IMG/VR virus record: IMGVR_UViG_3300048135_000646
Reading direction: 5' to 3' (one strand)
Length of the DNA stretch: 64,000 bases
Origin: an uncultured virus (IMG/VR IMGVR_UViG_3300048135_000646)
Taxonomy: Duplodnaviria > Heunggongvirae > Uroviricota > Caudoviricetes
Both the position numbers and the translations under genes were made by a program. Every line of letters begins with the position of its first letter. Position 1 is the stretch's first letter. This document shows positions 18,888-29,400 of this stretch, piece after piece. Under the pieces are notes generated by a model. The model was not told where the DNA came from, ran no database searches, and saw only the letters and a program-made list of their open reading frames with translations.

Positions 18888-19193
18888 ATGAAAAATACGA
18901 CAGGACAAGAAATTTTGTCACTACAAAAAGAAGGTAAGAAAGTTTTAGTGGATTTATGGGCACCATGGTGTGGACCATGCAAGTCACTGATCCCTAGATT
19001 AGAAAATATGGACGAAAAATACGAAAATGTAGAATTCGTAAAAGTTAATGTGGATGAAGATAGATCATACGCTCAAGGATTGGGTATAAGAAGTGTACCT
19101 ACGGTAATTATCTTTGATGGAGACATTGAAGTCGGTAGATTAACGGGTGCTCAGGCAGACACAAACTATACAGACATTTTAGATAAATTGTAA
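18888..19193 (+). CDS. trxA: thioredoxin
   Basis: WAPWCGPCK, IRSVPT. Confidence 0.92.
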   Translation: MKNTTGQEILSLQKEGKKVLVDLWAPWCGPCKSLIPRLENMDEKYENVEFVKVNVDEDRSYAQGLGIRSVPTVIIFDGDIEVGRLTGAQADTNYTDILDKL

Positions 19194-19462
19194 TGACAAC
19201 AATATGTGTTTTTACAATGAGGGGATGTTCATATTGTGATGAATTTAAGGAAATATTAAAAAAAGAAAACTTAAGTTATCAAGAGTATGATGTTGATGAC
19301 AATCAATATCTATGGGATCAAGTTGTAAATCAGATTGGTGAAGAAAACCTACCCACAGTGTTTATAAGGAATGAAAAAGATAGTTTAGGGGTACTTCTAA
19401 TGCCAGATATAAATGTGGAAAGTCAAGAAGAGATGTTAGAAAAAATCAAAGAAAATATATAA
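19193..19462 (+). CDS. glutaredoxin/NrdH-like protein
   Basis: GCSYC, LPTVFI. Confidence 0.8.
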   Translation: MTTICVFTMRGCSYCDEFKEILKKENLSYQEYDVDDNQYLWDQVVNQIGEENLPTVFIRNEKDSLGVLLMPDINVESQEEMLEKIKENI

Positions 19463-19466
19463 AATC

Positions 19467-19500
19467 AAGGGGGGGACAAAAAAGTCTCCCCTTTTTGTTT
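19467..19500 (+). terminator. rho-independent terminator
   Basis: AAGGGGGGGAC-AAAAAA-GTCTCCCCTT then T-rich run. Confidence 0.8.
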
Positions 19501-19519
19501 CCAAGATCCATTTGTCAGG

Positions 19520-19527
19520 TATTTATA
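19520..19527 (+). promoter_or_regulatory. TATTTATA motif at the start of the tail operon
   Basis: Lies between a terminator and ATG 19545. Confidence 0.6.
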
Positions 19528-19544
19528 ATAAAGTAAACTTTTAG

Positions 19545-22500
19545 ATGGCATTACAACAAATATATTGGGAACAAATTGCGACCGAGGATATAACCTCAGG
19601 ACAAACGGTAAATTTAGGTAACCCGACAGCGTCTTTGAAGAATGTTTATGCGGATAACTTCTTTATAAACGGTACACAAAGTTTAAATGATTTAATTGGT
19701 GGAGGAATAACCGAAGGGATTGACCCTTTAAATCAATTTAGTGCTTCGGTTTTAACGTCTTTAGAATTTACAGGTTCAAATATGACCGTTAAAGGTGATT
19801 TGAATGTCTTAGGAACATATACCTCTATTAAATCGGAAACGGTCACCTTAGATGATAATATCATTGAATTAAATGGTACTGACAAGGCGTTTGGTGGTTT
19901 ATTGATAAAAGACCCCACAAACCCTAATTTAGTTTCAGGATCATTGTTGTGGGACACAACAACTGATAGATGGGTTGGAGGACCGTTAGGAAGTGAAGAA
20001 AATTTAGTAATTGAAAGTGAGTTAACGACTCTTTCATCTTCAATATCATCTTCGATAAATGAATTATCACAATCAGTATCCTCATCATTTGATCAGGTTA
20101 ATACCGACTTAACAGATTTATCGTCTTCAGTGTCGTCATCGATTAATGATTTATCACAATCAGTGTCGTCGTCGTTTGACCAAGTCAATACGGATTTAAC
20201 AGATTTATCCTCATCATTATCATCATCAATAAATGAATTATCTTCATCTGTCGACTCTACGTTTACTCTACATGATGGTAGGTTAGTTGACTTAGAGAGT
20301 TTTAGTTCTTCATTGGATGCCACATTTGCAACAGATCAACAATTAACAGAATTATCACAATCAATCACCTCATCGATAGGTGAACTATCCTCTTCATTAG
20401 ATGGTAGAGTTGTGAATTTAGAGAACTTTAGTTCTTCATTAGACGCTACATTCGCGACAGACCAACAATTAACAGACTTATCGTCTTCATTATCAGGATC
20501 AATAAGTGAATTGTCCTCATCATTATCATCATCAATAAATGATTTATCACAGTCAGTATCCTCATCTTTTGATCAGGTTAATAATGACCTAACTGATTTA
20601 TCATCGTCATTATCATCTTCGATAAATGAATTATCACAATCGGTTGATTCCACATTCACATTACATGATGGTAGGTTAGTTGAATTAGAATCGACAGGGT
20701 CTGATCATGAAACAAGGATTGATGGTTTAGAATTATTTAGTACTTCTTTAGATAACACTTATGCGACAGACCAAGAATTAGAAGACATTTCCGCATCTTT
20801 AAGTGATGCTATTGGTAATGCACAAACAGATATCGAAGCAAGTAATATCTTCCAACAAACAGGTTCATATTATGGTACATCTGAAAATTTACAAATATCG
20901 GGTAGTGGTTTAGATTCACCCGATGGTTCCATATCAGGAAAATATGGTGTAATTGTGTCAAAATCATTACATGCAGAAAATATTAACGTGGGTCAACCCA
21001 CTTCAAATGATTGGGGGACCATGAATGGTTCATATTTTAATAATTTTAATGAAAACACAGACGTTTCTGAAATTATTAGGTTTATGGCGGGATTATTATC
21101 CTCTTCAGCACCCGATGCATCACCAAATACAAAATATTATAACGGATATACTAAAAACACATTTAATACATCAACAGATTCGGGAATAAATGGTTATCTC
21201 CCTTCAGGAACGACTAATTCTACTTTAGTTGAGTTAATTGATGCGGGTTTTGCAAGTATTGGTGGGACAATCTTAGGTTCGTTTGGGACTTTTTACACAA
21301 ATAGTAATTATAGACACTCATTTACAAGTAAATCTGGAGGTTCAACAAGTGTTAGGTCGTCAAATGATAGTAATTTATTCGGTTTGGGTAGATTGAGTAG
21401 TGGAACACCCACAACTTTCAAAGTTTCGGGGTCTTTTACATTCAAAAAATTCGATCACAATAGAGTTTTAATAGAAGAATCTAGTTCTAATCACTTAATA
21501 CAACAATCAGGTGCTGGAACTACTAATGGTGTAACTTTAGGTAAAATAGAATCGGCAAATCCTGAATTAATCCCTGCGGGATACCAAGACGGTAAATACA
21601 GTGGAGTATTTAACCCCACTATATTAAATGCGGGTAACACTCTTGATGATATTGGTTATTATCATATATCAAGTTCGATATCTATTGCGAGTGGATCAAG
21701 TGATTTTACCGAACCAATAGAGAGTAATACTGAAATATTATATGGACCAATCCCTACAATAGAAAGTGGTATTGGGTCAACTAATTTAGGGGTAACGGCA
21801 AACATTGATTCCATGACCCAATTAACAGCAACATCTAGATCTTTAAGTGGGGCACCATACTTACAAACCGCAACATTTAATGCTAGTGGTTCTATTGGAG
21901 GTACTTTTAACAAATTATACCAAAACGGAACACACGGTTCAATGTCGGGTAATAGTGGTCAGAGAACTGCGAGTGTTTCTGGTGGTAGGATTTCTACAAG
22001 TAATGTGTTCTATGATGAAACATTTACAGATTTAAGGTCAAGTGGTACAATACCTTTTATAACTGATAAGATAAAATTAAACTCAGGTTTAAGTTGGAGT
22101 GCGGGTAATTCGTATGGTACTTCGGCCAACCAATCGGTCTCAATAACAGGAACTGGTTTTGGTGGAAGTAGATCAGATTCTGAAAGTAGGTCCGTACACA
22201 TAGCGGGAACGTTTGGACAACCAGCATCAAGTGGTAGTTTACATTATTATGGTAGATCACAAACATATGATGGTTCATCCAACACTTCTGAAAATTTTAC
22301 GGGTGAAGGTAGAAGATTAGAATTAAATGATAATTTACTTTCATTTGGTGGAACTTCTTGGGATAACACCTATAATGAATACGGTATTTTGGGTCCTAAA
22401 GATTTACAAGTAAGACCTAACCGTTTAGTTAAACCAGGTGGTAACAACGGATATTGGTTAACCAACCCAAGTAATAGTAGTGATTATAAGTACTATGTTA

Positions 22501-22904
22501 GAAAATTTTCCACATCAGGAACAAAAACAAGTATGAGTATTAATGTAAGTGGACCATCTTTAGTTTCATGGGACTCAACAAATAATAACTCAGCATCCGT
22601 GGCAATACTATTTGAATCTTCTACAACGAATGTTTATACAAATGCAAGATTTTATGATCCGACCAAAACATTGGAAAACTTTGTTGGGTCGATAAATTCT
22701 AATACAGATGGTACTAATCCATTTGGTTTAGATATAGATCTGTACGGTAATACAGGTGGATCGGGTTCAGGGGGTTCATATTCTTTACCTATGAGAAATT
22801 CAGACGGTATGTTCCTGAATTCAACCTATAATGAAATTATGGTATTGGTTAGATACAAAGGGGACCCAACACCCATAACAAGTTTAAGTGTAAGTTTTAG
22901 TTAA
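19545..22904 (+). CDS. tail fibre/baseplate-associated protein with Ser-rich coiled coil
   Basis: Shared fibre module (DDNIIELNG...SGSLLWD), LSSSISSSINE repeats, G/S/T/N-rich C-terminus. Confidence 0.7.
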   Translation: MALQQIYWEQIATEDITSGQTVNLGNPTASLKNVYADNFFINGTQSLNDLIGGGITEGIDPLNQFSASVLTSLEFTGSNMTVKGDLNVLGTYTSIKSETVTLDDNIIELNGTDKAFGGLLIKDPTNPNLVSGSLLWDTTTDRWVGGPLGSEENLVIESELTTLSSSISSSINELSQSVSSSFDQVNTDLTDLSSSVSSSINDLSQSVSSSFDQVNTDLTDLSSSLSSSINELSSSVDSTFTLHDGRLVDLESFSSSLDATFATDQQLTELSQSITSSIGELSSSLDGRVVNLENFSSSLDATFATDQQLTDLSSSLSGSISELSSSLSSSINDLSQSVSSSFDQVNNDLTDLSSSLSSSINELSQSVDSTFTLHDGRLVELESTGSDHETRIDGLELFSTSLDNTYATDQELEDISASLSDAIGNAQTDIEASNIFQQTGSYYGTSENLQISGSGLDSPDGSISGKYGVIVSKSLHAENINVGQPTSNDWGTMNGSYFNNFNENTDVSEIIRFMAGLLSSSAPDASPNTKYYNGYTKNTFNTSTDSGINGYLPSGTTNSTLVELIDAGFASIGGTILGSFGTFYTNSNYRHSFTSKSGGSTSVRSSNDSNLFGLGRLSSGTPTTFKVSGSFTFKKFDHNRVLIEESSSNHLIQQSGAGTTNGVTLGKIESANPELIPAGYQDGKYSGVFNPTILNAGNTLDDIGYYHISSSISIASGSSDFTEPIESNTEILYGPIPTIESGIGSTNLGVTANIDSMTQLTATSRSLSGAPYLQTATFNASGSIGGTFNKLYQNGTHGSMSGNSGQRTASVSGGRISTSNVFYDETFTDLRSSGTIPFITDKIKLNSGLSWSAGNSYGTSANQSVSITGTGFGGSRSDSESRSVHIAGTFGQPASSGSLHYYGRSQTYDGSSNTSENFTGEGRRLELNDNLLSFGGTSWDNTYNEYGILGPKDLQVRPNRLVKPGGNNGYWLTNPSNSSDYKYYVRKFSTSGTKTSMSINVSGPSLVSWDSTNNNSASVAILFESSTTNVYTNARFYDPTKTLENFVGSINSNTDGTNPFGLDIDLYGNTGGSGSGGSYSLPMRNSDGMFLNSTYNEIMVLVRYKGDPTPITSLSVSFS
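19999..20810 (+). repeat. Ser-rich 11/7-residue coding repeats
   Basis: LSSSxSSSINELSQSVSSSFDQVNTDLTD and HDGRLVxLE...FATDQQL recur; boundaries approximate. Confidence 0.75.
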
Positions 22905-22909
22905 GAGAC

Positions 22910-24118
22910 ATGGCATACGATAAGAATATAAAATCATCAAGGTTCCTCCAAAGTAAGAGGTATACACACAACAACCTACTAGATTCACAAGAATCATTCA
23001 CTTCTGTATTGGATTTAAATAGTAGTGAAATTTATGTTGACCAAAGTCTCATACCTTCTTCAAACTTACCATTTAATGGTAGTTCAGATCACTTATCTGT
23101 CTATACCGATAGTGATACAAGTTTAGATGTATTAAAATATTGGTACAGACATAAATTAACTAAATCTGATTTAAATAGGGAGGTTTGGTTTTTCTTAGAT
23201 CCCGTCGGTTCAAATGACGGTATAGGGGCACAGTTGATTAGTAATGATCAAGAAGTAAATTTCATTTCACCAAAATATGCCATATCAGGTTTGGCAAACT
23301 CAACAGTTGAGGATTCCACACCAGGTTATTTAATTAAACTTTTTGTTTCAACTAATTCTTCCTCCCCATCAAATAGTGATTTAAGACAACCATCTACCTA
23401 TTCTTTTGATTACAAAACAGGTGTGGTACAATTTATAAGTGGTACCCCTTCAAGTAATCAATATGTATACATGAGTGTTTACCAATATGTTGGTAGAACA
23501 TTAAGTGACCAATTAGGTGGGGGTGGTGCTAGTGCTATACAAGATATATTTAAACCTACGGGTTCATTTTATGCCACTACGAATGACATACAGATAAGTG
23601 GATCTTTAGATTTAACGGGAGACTTTACTGTACATGGAACTGTAACCTCATCATTATCTGAGACGGTTATCGTTAATGATAATATTATAGAGTTAAACGG
23701 TAACGAATCTAATTTTGGTGGATTAAGTATTAAAGACACAGTAAATCCTAATACCGTATCAGGTTCTTTATTATGGGATGCCACGAATGATCAGTGGATT
23801 GCGGGTCAAGAGGGAAGTGAATTACCAATTGCAAGACAAGACGATTTAGTATGGGGTAATTCAGGTTCATATTGGTCATCAACAAGTGATCTACAAGTAA
23901 CTGGTTCGGTCATAATAAAAGGAGACTTAAAGGTTGAAGGACAAACAACATTACAATCACAAGACATAACTAAAGATTCATTAATTGTGTCAGGTGCGAT
24001 GAGTATATTAAAAAATCAAATAGAGAATCAAATAAGGTCCGCATCACTAAACATTGAAAACTTAGGATCGATAGGAGATATTAATAATAATTCTGTCATG
24101 GACCTTGGTGGTTTCTAA
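22910..24118 (+). CDS. tail structural protein
   Basis: YSFDYKTGVVQF, YQYVG, shared fibre module, C-terminal DLGGF. Confidence 0.7.
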   Translation: MAYDKNIKSSRFLQSKRYTHNNLLDSQESFTSVLDLNSSEIYVDQSLIPSSNLPFNGSSDHLSVYTDSDTSLDVLKYWYRHKLTKSDLNREVWFFLDPVGSNDGIGAQLISNDQEVNFISPKYAISGLANSTVEDSTPGYLIKLFVSTNSSSPSNSDLRQPSTYSFDYKTGVVQFISGTPSSNQYVYMSVYQYVGRTLSDQLGGGGASAIQDIFKPTGSFYATTNDIQISGSLDLTGDFTVHGTVTSSLSETVIVNDNIIELNGNESNFGGLSIKDTVNPNTVSGSLLWDATNDQWIAGQEGSELPIARQDDLVWGNSGSYWSSTSDLQVTGSVIIKGDLKVEGQTTLQSQDITKDSLIVSGAMSILKNQIENQIRSASLNIENLGSIGDINNNSVMDLGGF

Positions 24119-24127
24119 TATTCAAGA

Positions 24128-24135
24128 TATTTATA
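24128..24135 (+). promoter_or_regulatory. TATTTATA motif
   Basis: Intergenic, before ATG 24173. Confidence 0.55.
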
Positions 24136-24172
24136 ATAATAAATCAAATAAAGACAAAATTTAAAAAAGAAG

Positions 24173-26314
24173 ATGGCTCAAATTATTAAACACAGAAGAG
24201 GTTCGATAGACAGTGTAAAGGCAACAACCACAAGAAATGGTGAAGTCTTGATAGCGTCAGGATCGATCTCAGATTTAGCTGGACCTTTCGTATTTGTTGG
24301 GTCACCCGTTTCTAGTGACGAAGGAGTTGCAGGGGCGTTCAAACCAACATCAAAAATATATTCAGGAACCAGTGCACCCACAATAGGTGTCGGTACTTAC
24401 GGATCAATTTTAGACGGAACTCCATTTTACGCGTCAGGAGACGAATCATTATACATATTAAACAATGATGGAGTTGGTAATGACAGAGTAGATTTAACAG
24501 GTAACATAGAAGGTAATTTAATTTCTAATGTAACAATAACATCACTTACAGGTTCTAACGCTAACCTAACAAATGTAACTGGTGGTACGGTAACCGTAAC
24601 AGGAAATCAAACTATCGGTGGAACTTTAGGAGTTACGGGAGCAACAAACCTAGGAGATAGTTTAGGGGTTGCTTTAACTGCGACTGTAGGAAAATTAGTT
24701 TCGGAAGGAGAAATTACAGGTTCAAATCTTAGACTTACAGGAGATGCGGACATTGCAGGAAATATAAACTTAGGTGGAAATATTAGTGTTGGTGATGCAT
24801 CAACAGACTTTGTTTCGTTTGGTGCGGATATATCATCTTCATTCATACCAGATGTAAATGACGCATTTGATTTAGGTTCTACAACTAAGGCATGGAGAGA
24901 ATTATACGTAAGTGGAACGGCACACATTCAAGACTTAGACCTTGAAGGTGGATTATCTGTAAATAGTTTGGCCCTACCAGGTGACTTAACGGTATCGGGA
25001 ACTACAGACTTAAAAGGTAATGTTACTTTAGGTGATGCAAGTTCGGACACAATTACTGTAAATTCGGGAGACATTGAATTATCAAATATTCCTGACGGAG
25101 ATACAGCAATCTTTATTGGTTTAGACGGAAATAACAAATTAGTACAAGACACATTAGACTCAAGGGTACAAGGAGAGACATTACTTGATAATAATGGTAC
25201 ACCATTAACTGCTAACAGAATACCTTTCGCAGTTGACGGAGACTCATTACAGGATGACGCTGATTTAACATACAACTCAACAACTAATGTTATTAGTGTA
25301 GGTAGTTCAACAATTGGTAACGATATATCTGCGGCAAGTTCATTAACTTCGGTAGGTACTACGGAACTAAAAGGTGCGGTCGGAATTAATTCAACACTAA
25401 ACGTTACAGGTTCTGCACAATTAAAATCTAGTTTAGATGTTGATGGTGAATCTACATTAGCAAGTGCAATCGTAGAAGATTTAACATCAGGTAGAGTAGT
25501 ATTAGCAGGTACGGGAGGAGCAATTGAAGATAGTTCAAACTTAACATTTGACGGATCAACATTAGACGTAACTGGTGATGTTGAAGCATCGGGTGATTTA
25601 GGTGGTGCCACAGCAACCATCACAGGTAATTCTACTATAGGTGGAACACTTGGTGTAACAGGTAATACTGAGATAGACGGAACATTAACAGTTAATGATA
25701 ATGTAACAATATCGGGTAACTTAGAAATATTAGGTACAGCTACCGAAGTAAACATACAATCAACAACAGTTGAGATTGACGATAACATAATTAAATTAAA
25801 TGCATATTCTCCGTTTGAGAGATATGCAGGTTTTGAAGTTATGGATTCAGGATCTTCAGGTGTATCTGCATCTTTAGTATGGGATTCACAAGACGATCAT
25901 TGGATGTTTGTTTCTTCATCAGGAGAATCAAGTAAAGTACTTGGGACAACTGCAGGAGCTTACGGTTCCGAAAGTAGTTTACGAATTTCATCAATTCCTG
26001 TAGCAACAGGTAAGAACACTATGGGTGATTCTTTACTTACTGATGATGGTAGTGTATTAGCATATAACACAAATAAATTTACAGTGGCAACTGACGACGG
26101 TGCTACCTTAATTGCGGGTAATGTTACATTATCAGCATCAGGTGGGTCTGACGCAGGAAGTAACAGTACATCTATAGTATTTAGAAATTCAAGTAACGAA
26201 CTTGGTTATGTATCTACTACAGAAACTACAGATGTTTTAGATGGTATCTTAGGTTACAAATCAAGTGATGGATCTTTAACATTTTCTACCGTTATTGATG
26301 GAGGAACTTACTAA
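24173..26314 (+). CDS. tail fibre protein
   Basis: N-terminal IIKHRRG..GE, G/T/V beta repeats, FDLGSTTKAW, C-terminal IDGGTY. Confidence 0.75.
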   Translation: MAQIIKHRRGSIDSVKATTTRNGEVLIASGSISDLAGPFVFVGSPVSSDEGVAGAFKPTSKIYSGTSAPTIGVGTYGSILDGTPFYASGDESLYILNNDGVGNDRVDLTGNIEGNLISNVTITSLTGSNANLTNVTGGTVTVTGNQTIGGTLGVTGATNLGDSLGVALTATVGKLVSEGEITGSNLRLTGDADIAGNINLGGNISVGDASTDFVSFGADISSSFIPDVNDAFDLGSTTKAWRELYVSGTAHIQDLDLEGGLSVNSLALPGDLTVSGTTDLKGNVTLGDASSDTITVNSGDIELSNIPDGDTAIFIGLDGNNKLVQDTLDSRVQGETLLDNNGTPLTANRIPFAVDGDSLQDDADLTYNSTTNVISVGSSTIGNDISAASSLTSVGTTELKGAVGINSTLNVTGSAQLKSSLDVDGESTLASAIVEDLTSGRVVLAGTGGAIEDSSNLTFDGSTLDVTGDVEASGDLGGATATITGNSTIGGTLGVTGNTEIDGTLTVNDNVTISGNLEILGTATEVNIQSTTVEIDDNIIKLNAYSPFERYAGFEVMDSGSSGVSASLVWDSQDDHWMFVSSSGESSKVLGTTAGAYGSESSLRISSIPVATGKNTMGDSLLTDDGSVLAYNTNKFTVATDDGATLIAGNVTLSASGGSDAGSNSTSIVFRNSSNELGYVSTTETTDVLDGILGYKSSDGSLTFSTVIDGGTY

Positions 26315-26340
26315 AAACTAAATTAAATATTTATTACACA

Positions 26341-26372
26341 AAAATCCCTTGAGAAATCAGGGGATTTTCTTT
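26341..26372 (+). terminator. rho-independent terminator
   Basis: AAAATCCCTTGA-GAAA-TCAGGGGATTTT followed by CTTT. Confidence 0.8.
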
Positions 26373-26391
26373 ATATATTGATATTAAGTAG

Positions 26392-26399
26392 TATTTATA
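26392..26399 (+). promoter_or_regulatory. TATTTATA motif upstream of the giant fibre
   Basis: Follows the terminator; precedes ATG 26471. Confidence 0.55.
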
Positions 26400-26404
26400 A
26401 TAAA

Positions 26405-26474
26405 GATCTATATAGATCATAATAAAAGTGATATATATCACTATAAATACATTTAGAGAGATCCATATATATGG
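26405..26474. repeat. three perfect ATAT-centred palindromes
   Basis: GATCTATATAGATC 26405-26418; AGTGATATATATCACT 26427-26442; CCATATATATGG 26463-26474. Confidence 0.85.
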
Positions 26475-29400
26475 GACAGACAGTTAAACTGCGTAGAAGC
26501 GCTATATCCGGTAAGATTCCGATTAATTCACAACTACTACTTGGTGAATTATCCATGAATACAACCGACGGTAAGATTTTCTTATCAAAATCGGGTTCAA
26601 ATGGACCTTCCGTCGAAGAAGTAATAATCACAAACACACAAAATTTTGGTAATATTGACTTAGTTGGCGATTTAACGGCAACTAATATCAGTTCATCCTT
26701 TATTGGTGATGGTAGTGGACTTTATAATATTCCTGCATCAGGAGTTACGGGTCTTAGTTTAGACCGAATAGCGAGTTCAACCTCCACGGCATCTATTGAT
26801 GCGGATGGTTTACATATTAATACGGATACTACAGTAACAGGGTCTCTCACAGCAACAGAATTTACAGGTAGTGGTTTAGGTTTAACAGATGTGCCAATTA
26901 AAATCTCAGGATCAGACGCGGGATCGACTTCTATCGATTCTACTTTCACAAGAATTAAATTTGATGATTCAACAGGTATAAAAATAAGTGGTACTACAGG
27001 TGGTGATGCGGTTGTATTCCTTTCAGGTGTTGCGGCAGAGTCGGAGAGTAGTGAAGGTAGGACCGCAAAATTAGAAGTTACAAGTGCAACAAGTACATGG
27101 ACATTAAATCACAATTTAAATGAAAAACATCCCTCTATTGAGGTTTTTGATAGTAATGACGAGGTTATTATTCCACAGAAAATAGAAGCGACAAGTGTTA
27201 ATCAAGTGGTTGTTAGTTTTGCATCACCTCAAACAGGTACTGTAACCGCGACTGTTGGTGGTGGACTACCAACAATTGAGTCAGGATATACTGATAGAGT
27301 TTTATCGGTAGATAGTAATGGTATTGCAACTTGGAAAACAGGAATACTTAGTGGATCTATTGATTTTTCCACTTTAGTTGATACTGGTTCCTTTAACACA
27401 TATACATCATCAAATGATAACACAAATAGTGATCAAAATGGTAGATTAGATAGTCTTGAGGAATTTACTTCAAGTATCGATGACACATATGCAACCGATA
27501 CTGACGTAACAACACTCAGAACTGATTTAAATACATACACATCATCAACTGATGGTAGGTTAGATTCTTTAGAAACAACAAGTGGATCACATGACGGTAG
27601 ATTAGATAGTATTGAATCTATCACTTCTTCACATAATAGTAGGTTAAACAGTTTAGAAACAACAAGTGGATCACATGACGGTAGATTAGATAGTATTGAA
27701 TCTAAAACAGGGAGTTTCCTTGTTTCTAACGACCTCTCAACAATAGAAGGAAAGATCGGGTCTTTAGAAACAACTTCAGGATCTCACGATGGGAGAATAA
27801 CCGATCTCGAAACTTTTGAAACTAAAGTAGACACGGGGTTAGAATTTACAGGTTCAAACGTAACAATAAAGGGTAATTTATTGGTTAAAGGAACGGAAAC
27901 AAGGGTAGATTCAACTACTGTAGATATTGACGACAACATTTTATCACTTAACGGTAGTGGTGCGGCAAATGCGGGTATAGAAGTAAGAGATACGGAATCA
28001 CCAGGTGTTTTATCGGGTTCCTTAATATATGATACGGGAGATAACACTTGGAAAGCGGGTATTAAAGGAAGTGAAGAAAGATTACTAATTAATAGTGATC
28101 TTACAACATTAGATGGTAGGTTAGATAGTTTAGAATCTACTAGTGGTTCCCACGAAGATAGAATTGATAGAATTGAAATATCAACGTCCTCATTAAATTC
28201 ATTCACTAGTAGTATTAATACTACAATTAAGAATAAATTAAATACTGATGGTGTAATAAGTGGTTCTGTACAGATAGATCATGATGCGACCACAAACTAT
28301 GAATCAAATGAACACATTGATCACTCAACCATAACAATTGGTAGTGGTAAAGGTTTAACTGGTGGAGGTACTATTGACACAAGTAGAAGTTTAACACTTA
28401 ATACAGGATCAAACCACTTCTTAGATGGTGTAAAATCTAAATTAAATACTGAAACAGTTGTAAGTGGTTCCGCACAAATAGATATAACAGGAACTACAAA
28501 TTATAATTTAGTTGATGGTAGATTAGATAGTCTTGAGGAATTTACTTCAAGTATCGATGACACATATGCTACGGATAATGATGTAACAGACTTAAGAAAT
28601 GATTTAAATAGTTACACATCATCTAATGACGATACAAATAGTACTCAGAATGGTAGATTAAATAGTTTAGAAACAACAAGTGGGTCACACGATTCAAGGT
28701 TAGATAGTATCGAATCGAATACAGGTAGTTATCTGACATCATATAACGACGAATACACTACGGGCGCAACCTTCAGTACCTCAAACGGTGTTGTGACATT
28801 TACAAGAAATGATGGTGATCAATATAATGTAGACTTAGACGGTAGATATTTAACTTCATTCACAGAGACGGACCCAATATTCACAGCTCATGCATCTTAT
28901 GATATTACGTCAACTCAAATATCAAATTGGGATACTGCCTATGGATGGGGTGACCATTCACAAGCGGGGTACCTGACAGCATATAATAATGAATATACAA
29001 CAGGTGCCACATTTAATGGATCGAATGGTGTTATCACTTTCACTAGAAACGATGGAGACCAATTTACTGTTGATCTTGATGGAAGATACCTTACATCATT
29101 TACAGAAACAGATCCAATATTTACAGCATCACCTTCGGCTGGAATTACAGATACAAATATTGACAATTGGAATACCGCTTATGGATGGGGTGATCATTCA
29201 CAAGCGGGATATTTAACAAGTTATACTGAGTCAGACACCTTAAATAGTGTAACTACTAGAGGTGCGAATACCGTTAATAATATTACTACGGGAATACACA
29301 CAATTAATAAAACAACTTCAACTAGTGGTACTCAAGGGACTACTCTCTTAGAGTTAGTTAACAATGTTGGTGGTGATTTGTCACAACAACAAACGTTCAT

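Noticed and set aside
24607..25788. Long minus-strand ORFs in the fibre gene, and similar ones across 26.7-34.9 kb and 56.9-63.5 kb
   Set aside because: Shadow frames caused by codon bias of G/T/S-rich fibre genes; no motifs of their own
27430..28720. Many D-(S/T)-(L/I/V) motifs matching the Bacteroidota O-glycosylation sequon
   Set aside because: Explained by the GRLDSLE coiled-coil repeat; the host system acts on exported proteins, whereas fibres assemble in the cytoplasm
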